This document shows, in pieces, positions 55,372-61,921 of a stretch of DNA of 64,000 nucleotides. This stretch comes from Acidobacteriota bacterium (lineage in GTDB: Bacteria > Acidobacteriota > Blastocatellia > Pyrinomonadales > Pyrinomonadaceae). The DNA is taken from contig QHXM01000063.1 of assembly GCA_003222945.1 (NCBI GenBank), positions 186 through 64,185 of the forward strand. The letters are read 5' to 3'. Position 1 is the first letter of the stretch; every line of letters starts with the position of its first letter. The notes beneath the pieces were generated by a model. That model did not search any database. It saw only the letters and a list, made by a program, of their open reading frames with translations, and was not told where the DNA came from. Position numbers and translations under genes: made by a program.

Positions 55372-55592
55372 CTTAAGGCTGATCTATAAAGTCCTGGACC
55401 GAGGACCAGTTCGCCCTCAGTTTGACTATGTGAATGTAGATTGAGATGAACAGGTTTCGCCAGACCGCAAAGTGTACCAATCGAGATACCCAGCGCGGCC
55501 CGGTCCAGACGAGCGAAGGCTTGAACGATTAACTGATCGGTTGAAGCAAGTTTGGTTCGCTTCTTTTTCTTCATATAAAGAGATGTGCTCAT
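55368..55592 (-). CDS. possible small protein translationally coupled to the oxidoreductase gene
   Basis: Its TGA overlaps the oxidoreductase ATG (ATGA). The N-terminal part DQLIVQAFARLDRAALGISIGTLCGL resembles the 53481-53855 protein, while the C-terminal part is not membrane-like. Confidence 0.3.
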   Translation of the reverse strand: MSTSLYMKKKKRTKLASTDQLIVQAFARLDRAALGISIGTLCGLAKPVHLNLHSHSQTEGELVLGPGLYRSALR

Positions 55593-55915
55593 GGTCCGAT
55601 AATCTATAAAGGCGCTTCCGGCGAATACCGGCCTTGCCTGACACTTCTATAAATCACAAATAGGCGCGAATTCCCAAAGTAGTCTCTTAAATCTGAGGTT
55701 GAAAACCGCTCTTTGATTGAATGTAGTTGAGCGAGATTCACACGCTCCCGTCGATCTTCTTGTCAGCAGAAAAGTCTAATTAAACGCAAAGAGACGATAG
55801 CGCCCGCCCATCCGGGATGTCAATAAAATTGTTGGATAGATTTCGGATCGAGTTTTCATCGTTTCTTAATTCTTAATTTTTAATTCTCAACTCTTTTGTG
55901 TACGATGCTCAAGTC

Positions 55916-56652
55916 ATGGCTCGTAAAAACAGGAAGGCGGACGACGCTCGCTCGAAAGCTGAAGCGAAAGAGTCCGCTTCGTCAAAGAAGAAAGCTACAG
56001 AATCTATTCCGGCCAAGCCTGGACCACCAAAATCCGTCTGGCGCGAATATTTCGAGTCGGCCATCTACACGGCCATCATGTTCGTCTTCTTCATAACCTT
56101 CATAGGCCGCACCGTCGGCGTTCCCACTGGCTCTATGCAGAACACCATCGTCATCGGCGACCATTTCCTTATCAACAAGTTCGTCTTCGCGCCCGGCTCG
56201 CATCCCTTCTTCCTTCCGCAGCGCGACATACGGCGCGGCGACATAATCGTCTTCAAGTATCCGGGCGATAACTACAACCCGGGGCGCGACGAGGATAGCA
56301 AGCGCCGCTGGATATTCGTAACGATCCGCCGGGCGCAGGCGAGCCGTACACCGTCTATTACAAAGAGAGCACGATGTCGAATGGTCCAGACAAAGCTGAG
56401 AAGCCGCCTTCGATCTTTCACTTCGCGGTCGAGAAGCCTTACCAGATTCCACCCAACAACTACTTCGTCATGGGCGACAACCGCGACGATAGCGCCGACA
56501 GCCGCGCATGGGGAACAGTCTCCGCAGACCTGGTAATCGGTCGCGCACTTTTCGTCTTCTGGTCTAACGACGAGAGCGCCCCTTCAACCAATCCGCTGAT
56601 AGATTTTTTCAAGAACACAAGGTGGAGCAGGACCGGAAGGATGATTAAATGA
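55916..56652 (+). pseudogene. lepB: signal peptidase I, frameshifted (ORFs 55898-56536 and 56374-56652)
   Basis: ORF1 has the TM and catalytic-Ser box (VPTGSMQNT) plus GDIIVFKYP, then degenerates after ...DSKR. A second frame (open from 56299) carries LDIRND...NNYFVMGDNRDDSADSRAWG and the normal C-terminus. The junction at about 56299-56320 falls at the catalytic-Lys box. Confidence 0.75.
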
Positions 56653-56665
56653 GGATTCTTACTGC

Positions 56666-56914
56666 TTAACTCAACTCGTCCATCTCAGCTTCAATCGCCT
56701 GAAGAGTTCTTTGCAGCATGGCGCGATGCGCCGGCCTCGTTGCGCGCTCAAGTTGCGCGAGCGTTCGTGCGCGCGAGAGGCGTAGCGATTCAAGGCGGTC
56801 GAGGCGTGCGCGCATCTCTGGCGACAGATCACCCATCGCTGATTCTTTCTGAGCGCGCTCGCTTGCCTCTTCTATCTGAGCTTCAACAGCTTTGCTCTCC
56901 CAACCTCTAGCCAT
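56666..56914 (-). CDS. 82-aa helical hypothetical protein
   Basis: ATG at 56914 with GGAGGAG 1 nt upstream, in the 12-nt spacer after the channel gene stop. MARGWESKAVEAQIEEA... with heptad-like Leu/Arg pattern. Confidence 0.55.
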   Translation of the reverse strand: MARGWESKAVEAQIEEASERAQKESAMGDLSPEMRARLDRLESLRLSRARTLAQLERATRPAHRAMLQRTLQAIEAEMDELS

Positions 56915-56928
56915 CTCTCCTCCGCACC

Positions 56929-58092
56929 TCAATCAATATAGGTCTGCTTCGAGTAGTCATAGTCGCGCTCAGGCACAGGGCTTGATGAGAAGACCTGCGG
57001 GTTGCGCTCCCAGGCGCTAGTCTGCCAGTTGTCCATAGCGTTGCCCGGATGAATCCATGGCGGCATACTCATAAACAGAAACTTAGCCATTGAGTTCACA
57101 TAAGGCTCGTACATGCGACGCAACTCCGCGAGTTTCTTTTCCGCTTCAGTTCCATCGCGCAACGCTACGCCCGCAGTCTTTAGAGTCTCACGCATCTTTG
57201 CGAAAGTTTCAGGTTGAAGGCGATCATGGTCCGGCGCGCGAGGCGGTGTGTTGAATACTTGCGCCAGATCAACCAGCGCGTGCCGCGCCATAGCGAACGT
57301 CATCTTGGCCTGCCACATGGGCACGTCCTCTATGCCAACTACAATCAACGAGCATGTATCAAGAATCGTCGTCAACGAAGCAAGCCACGATTGATTCTCG
57401 TGCTGCGAGCGGAAATAGGCAAGCGCAGGGTAAGACAGATGACTCTCCAGCAATTCCGCAGCCCAATGCTCCCACTCGTGCAGGAAATCATCGAGCGCGC
57501 TTAAGCTTCGGTCACGACCGTGCCTTGCCAGCAACTCAGTCGCGCTCGGCGGCGACCCTGCGCGCGCGTCCAATAGAGAAATGTTCGACTCGCGCTTTGA
57601 GAAGGCTTGATAGATTACAGGCATGTAGCCTATGACGATTGCCAGGAATCCGAATCCAGTTCCGGCCTCAAGCACAGTCACAAAACGCGACAGAGACGTC
57701 ATGGGCATGATGTCGCCAAGCCCCAGCGTGAAGAAAGTCGTGCCGCTAAAGTAAAGGTCCGATCTAAAACTCGGCACTCCTGCGGCAACTCTGATACTAG
57801 ACCCGACAGCCCAATGAATCATTGAGAAGCCCAGAATCAGACCGCTTCCCCACACCACGAATAGCATAAGGAGCGAGAGTGGTCCGAAGAAGCCCAGGAA
57901 TCTCTCGCGCCACTTACCCGGTCGCATACGCTTCGCAATATTAGTGACCAGTCGCCACGTGTTCTTATAATAGAACCAAGTCAAACGCACCTTACGTGAG
58001 ATACGCCTCGGTAGTATGATCGTCTCAAATACATCCCAAAGGATGATTAGAATTACGATACAACCAAGAATGCCAACAAATGTGTGCATCAA
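56929..58092 (-). CDS. two-TM-pore ion channel family protein (K+-channel-like) with C-terminal cytoplasmic domain
   Basis: Pore-helix plus filter-like FFTLGLGDIMP between hydrophobic segments. TTG at 58092 is immediately followed by an ATG at 58089. Confidence 0.65.
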   Translation of the reverse strand: MMHTFVGILGCIVILIILWDVFETIILPRRISRKVRLTWFYYKNTWRLVTNIAKRMRPGKWRERFLGFFGPLSLLMLFVVWGSGLILGFSMIHWAVGSSIRVAAGVPSFRSDLYFSGTTFFTLGLGDIMPMTSLSRFVTVLEAGTGFGFLAIVIGYMPVIYQAFSKRESNISLLDARAGSPPSATELLARHGRDRSLSALDDFLHEWEHWAAELLESHLSYPALAYFRSQHENQSWLASLTTILDTCSLIVVGIEDVPMWQAKMTFAMARHALVDLAQVFNTPPRAPDHDRLQPETFAKMRETLKTAGVALRDGTEAEKKLAELRRMYEPYVNSMAKFLFMSMPPWIHPGNAMDNWQTSAWERNPQVFSSSPVPERDYDYSKQTYID

Positions 58093-58103
58093 AATAGCTC
58101 CGT

Positions 58104-58244
58104 AAAAGCAGAATACAGAATCCAGGAGTCAGAATAAATAAAGTAGTTTTCAGTTTTCAGAAGGCTCGTAACTCAAAACTGAAAACTGAAAACTCAAAAC
58201 TGGCTTCAGCCTTATCCCCTTCTGACTCCTGAATTCTGCTTTTT
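58104..58244. repeat. composite palindromic element (CAGAAT outer + GAAAACT inner), reverse-oriented twin of 33431-33570
   Basis: AAAAGCAGAATACAGAATCCAGGAGTCAGAATAAATAAAGTAG[TTTTCAGTTTTCAGAAGGCTCGTAACTCAAAACTGAAAACTGAAAACTCAAAACTG]GCTTCAGCCTTATCCCCTTCTGACTCCTGAATTCTGCTTTT. The last T belongs to the htrA-like stop codon. Confidence 0.85.
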
Positions 58245-59290
58245 CAAACAACTTCTTGCGGAACGATGTTAAGAGTCAAGCGCTCTGTGCGGCGTATGAC
58301 TGCGAGAGGCGAGCGTTGGCCTACGCGCTCGTCCGTCAGAAGCTTATGCAGTTCGTCAATGCCTGCTACGGGTTGACCGGCAAAGCCTATGATTATGTCT
58401 CCTTCCTGCAAGCCGCTTGCGCGCGCAGGGCTGTTATCGTCAATGTTGACTACGAGTATCCCGTTCTCGACTTCCAAATTGTAATAGCGCACGATTCTTC
58501 TGGGCAGCGGAACGTTCTGGCCCGCTACGCCTATGTAGCTGCGGCGTATGCGCCCGTCCTTTATCAAACGACCTGCGACGAACTTCGCAGTGTTGATTGC
58601 GATTGCAAAGCATATCCCTTGCGCTGGCAGGATGACGGCTGTGTTGACGCCAATGACTTCGCCGCGCGAGGTCACAAGTGGTCCGCCGGAGTTTCCCGGA
58701 TTGAGCGCAGCGTCAGTCTGAATTATGTCGTCAATCAAGCGGCCAGAGTTTGCCCTGAGCGAGCGTCCCAGGGCACTGACGACGCCAGCCGTCACGGTGC
58801 ATTGAAAGCCGTAAGGGTTGCCGATTGCTATGACGACCTGGCCTGTGCGTATGCTCTGCGAATCGCCCAGACGCACGGGCACAAGGTCGCCAGCATTTAT
58901 TCGTATCACTGCTAGGTCCGTATGCGGGTCATCGCCGACTATCTGCGCCCCGTAGCTACGACCGTCTGCGAGCGTGACTTCCACGCCAACGGCGTTGTGA
59001 ACGACGTGGCTGTTGGTCAATATGAATCCGTCCGGCGTGAAGACGAAGCCTGAGCCGCTCCCGCCTCTTTCCTGTCGGCGTCGCGGATTCGTTCGCGCAC
59101 GGCTCTCTCTGCGAAGTTTGACCTCTATGTTGACAACCGAAGGGCTGACGCGCTCAGCCGCGCCGACTACTGCGCGAGAGTAAGCGTCGAGCAGGTCATC
59201 GTCACGGGCGCTGAATACGCCCTCGCCTATGCGCGCACCTTCCGGCTCGCTGCTGGTGTCGTCTGATGTTTGTAAAACTCGCTGCATCAT
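58244..59290 (-). CDS. HtrA/DegP-like S1C serine protease with one PDZ domain, no obvious signal peptide
   Basis: TNSHVV (His), D, and GNSGGPL (Ser) triad context. C-terminal PDZ (GLQEGDIIIGFAG). Strong purine-rich RBS before ATGATG. Confidence 0.85.
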   Translation of the reverse strand: MMQRVLQTSDDTSSEPEGARIGEGVFSARDDDLLDAYSRAVVGAAERVSPSVVNIEVKLRRESRARTNPRRRQERGGSGSGFVFTPDGFILTNSHVVHNAVGVEVTLADGRSYGAQIVGDDPHTDLAVIRINAGDLVPVRLGDSQSIRTGQVVIAIGNPYGFQCTVTAGVVSALGRSLRANSGRLIDDIIQTDAALNPGNSGGPLVTSRGEVIGVNTAVILPAQGICFAIAINTAKFVAGRLIKDGRIRRSYIGVAGQNVPLPRRIVRYYNLEVENGILVVNIDDNSPARASGLQEGDIIIGFAGQPVAGIDELHKLLTDERVGQRSPLAVIRRTERLTLNIVPQEVV

Positions 59291-59732
59291 CTCTCTTTCC
59301 TTCCCCTTTTCCAGAACGTGGTCTCAAGGCTCTCAAGACCGCGTTCACTGTTATCTCAGCCAGCACTCCTTCAAATGCCGCTTCAGCTTCACTGAGGATA
59401 CGATTGAGCACACCCTTAATGTTCATTCCGACAGGGCAGCGCGGGTTCGGGCGCTGACGGTGGAGCGACAGGAGATGCCCTTTTTCTACGGCCCTATAAA
59501 CTTCCAGCAGCGTAATCTCATCAGCCGCGCGCGCAAGGCGTGATCCGCCCGCCGCGCCCGTCTGCGAAGTCACCAATGAAGCGCGTTGCAGCGAACAGAG
59601 GATTCGCCGTATGACGACAGGGTTCGTGTTGACGCTCAAGGCTACGAAGTCGGATTTCACAGGCTCGTCCCCCGTCTTAGCCATTAGCGCCAACACATGA
59701 ACGGCGATTGCGAAGCGACTGCTCGCTGGCAT
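59202..59732 (-). CDS. Rrf2-family transcriptional regulator
   Basis: Start moved to the ATG at 59732 (MPASSRFAIAVHVLALMA, winged HTH). The C-terminal about 40 aa run 89 nt into the protease gene. Confidence 0.85.
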   Translation of the reverse strand: MPASSRFAIAVHVLALMAKTGDEPVKSDFVALSVNTNPVVIRRILCSLQRASLVTSQTGAAGGSRLARAADEITLLEVYRAVEKGHLLSLHRQRPNPRCPVGMNIKGVLNRILSEAEAAFEGVLAEITVNAVLRALRPRSGKGEGKRDDAASFTNIRRHQQRAGRCAHRRGRIQRP

Positions 59733-59765
59733 ACTCTTCAATCTCTCCCGTGAAAATCTCTTTTC

Positions 59766-59782
59766 GTAACAGTTAAAGTTAC
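59766..59782. promoter_or_regulatory. candidate Rrf2 operator GTAAC-N7-GTTAC
   Basis: Perfect 5-7-5 dyad GTAACAGTTAAAGTTAC 34 nt upstream of the Rrf2 start. Pattern only. Confidence 0.35.
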
Positions 59783-59830
59783 AAATGCTTTTTGTCAAGC
59801 GATAATGCGAGATTAGCGTTAACCTTAATA

Positions 59831-59886
59831 AGCCCCGTAGGGGCGACAGAATCTCCAAATCACAATTCTGTCGCCCCTACGGGGCT
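59831..59886. repeat. 22-bp perfect hairpin with self-complementary arms
   Basis: AGCCCCGTAGGGGCGACAGAAT-12 nt-ATTCTGTCGCCCCTACGGGGCT. Each arm contains GCCCC-GTA-GGGGC. A second hairpin, CCCGGGGC-TGAC-GCCCCGGG, lies at 59910-59929. Confidence 0.65.
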
Positions 59887-60012
59887 TGACCCTTATTATG
59901 GAATCTAAACCCGGGGCTGACGCCCCGGGCTATATTCTTCCGCCCTCTATCGGGGCTGTTCTGATGTGCTAGCAACTGTTCACTGGCTCTATTTCATCTC
60001 CGCCAATCCCAT

Positions 60013-61258
60013 TCAATTTTTAACTCGCACGCGATAGACAAGCTTCGTCTCGCCGTCTTTCGCTACGGGCACATGAAAACGCGCTGTAAATGCGCTCGTC
60101 TTCTCTGGCTGAAAGTTCGACGAGACCATTCGCCAGTCGCCACTGCTGTGCGCCGCCGTCGTCCTTTTGATAAAGACGAATCGTTCCTGCGGGCAGCGCC
60201 ATCCCTAGCTTGTTCTGCTCGGAATTGACGAACTGTATGAAGACGCCGACCTTCTCTTTAATCACCGCGCCCGGATTGTCGTAGCCGTGATAGTAGCTCG
60301 ACTCGCCGTTGATGATGTACTCCTTAGTTGCCGTAAAGCCAGCCGCGTCGAGCAAAGATACCTGCTTCGTCTCCTGCTCGCGGATTGAGGCTGGCCGTTG
60401 CAAAGTGTATAGGTGATACTCGAAGAGCGGCTTTTCTCCAAACTGCGACACACTTTTACCGGCAACCGAATCAGCAGGGGCAGGTCTTTCAAGCTCTCTC
60501 TCGTCTTTCACTCGATTCAGGTCGCCCGCGACGAGTTGCAGGCGCGCATCTTCAAACCCGACGCCGCTCTGATTCGTCAGCGTCACCCAGCCTTGCAGAT
60601 CGCCCTTGTCGTTACCGGAATCAACGACCAGAACATAATCCGCTTGCCAGTTCATGCCTGCTGTCAGATAACTCGCTTCAACTGTTTGTTCGCCCGCGCC
60701 CGTGTTGTCAACATCCCAGACGAGCGTTGGCGTCGCAACCAGGTTCTGCGGCAGATCAGGAAAGCGCGTCTCCACTATGTTCGACGGATTGATGACAATC
60801 TGCCCGCCTATCTTCCAGACCTGCCCGTTGTTGTTCGACAACAATGTTGCCTGCACAGGCGTCAGCACCTCCGTGTTGTTCTCAAAGCGTCTGAGCACTA
60901 GCGTCACTTCACGTCCGACATATTTATCCAGAAGCTTCGACGGGTTGAGCAGATCGTACTGGTAGTTCTGTTCCATTATGCGCAGGCTGTCGGCTGATGT
61001 GAGCGACGCAAGATGCACAGTTTCGGGGCGAATCAACGCTGCAACGTCCGCAAACCTGAGCGACACACGCCCCGCAGGAAGATTGAGCGAGCGCGTCTCA
61101 CGAATGAGGCCCACGTTTGAGTTGTAAACCGTTACATTGACCGAGCGGCGATCATGCGCGGTCGTCGTAGTCAAAGGCGACGAAGTTTGCGCGAGCGTTG
61201 AAAGAGAAGAGACGAAGACTAGAAAAAGAGCGAGGACGAACAGGTTGAGACGTTGCAT
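60013..61258 (-). pseudogene. DUF4139-like secreted protein with internal deletion/frameshift near the C-terminus
   Basis: Real start is the ATG at 61258 (GGAGG 8 nt upstream; signal peptide MQRLNLFVLALFLVFVSSLSTLAQ). The body reads like DUF4139 (my recollection). After ...KDDGGAQQ (about 60143) the in-frame tail is Arg/Cys-rich junk. Another frame gives [43 protein letters not shown], ending at TGA 60013. Confidence 0.65.
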
Positions 61259-61489
61259 GACTAAAGCCTCCAGATTTGATTTCGGCGGCGAGCCTTTGGC
61301 TTTCCGCTTTTCATAGGTCGAAAGTAGAACGCTACGCGCTTCGCCCGCTTGCGCTTTGAGGTTAAAATAGAGCTGATGATTACGCTCTAAAGAGTCGAAC
61401 TTTGAGACCCTTGCGAGCATCAAAATGACAGCAGATTTTGCTCCCGGTTTTGACATTTGATTATTAAGAACAGAGGGAATTTGACCGAG

Positions 61490-61816
61490 ATGACAATGAA
61501 GAAAAAGATGGCAGTGAAGGTTTCCAACTTCACGCCCGCAGAGGAGCGCGCGGCGCGCTCTGAACGTATAGAAGTAAACGAAGCAGAACCTTATGGCTGG
61601 ATAGCTCGCTCGGAATCTGCCACTGAGCAGGGCTATCACCTTTTCCGCGAGCCGCGCACAAAACGCCTTTCCTGCACCTGCGCAGATTTCGTTTTTCGAG
61701 GCAACGCAGAACCCGGCTACGAATGCAAGCATGTCTCGGCTGTCTTGAAGTACATAGGCCGCCGCTATCTTGCAGAAGAGTACGACCCGCAACGCCAGCG
61801 AGCGCAAGCAGCGTAA
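61490..61816 (+). CDS. small SWIM-type zinc-finger protein (108 aa)
   Basis: CTCADFVFRGNAEPGYECKHVSAV fits CxCx(n)CxH. The ORF-track TTG at 61457 is possible but the ATG at 61490 is preferred. Confidence 0.6.
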   Translation: MTMKKKMAVKVSNFTPAEERAARSERIEVNEAEPYGWIARSESATEQGYHLFREPRTKRLSCTCADFVFRGNAEPGYECKHVSAVLKYIGRRYLAEEYDPQRQRAQAA

Positions 61817-61817
61817 T

Positions 61818-61920
61818 CGAGACGCGGGGACGCGGCGATAAAGACAGAAGGCAGCAAAGTGATATGCTTTTGCTGCCTTCTGCTTTCTACCTACTGCTTT
61901 CTGTTCTTCGCCGCGTCTCG
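61818..61920. terminator. nested bidirectional hairpin between convergent SWIM and VWA genes
   Basis: Inner 14-bp perfect stem CAGAAGGCAGCAAA/TTTGCTGCCTTCTG (61845-61882). Outer arms CGAGACGCGG/CCGCGTCTCG (61818-61827 / 61911-61920). Confidence 0.6.
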
Positions 61921-61921
61921 C

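Noticed and set aside
61259-61807. N-terminal 183 codons of the 595-aa minus-strand ORF 60020-61807
   Set aside because: This part is Cys/Arg/Phe-rich and not protein-like, and it lies antisense to the SWIM gene. A signal peptide with a GGAGG RBS begins at the internal ATG at 61258.
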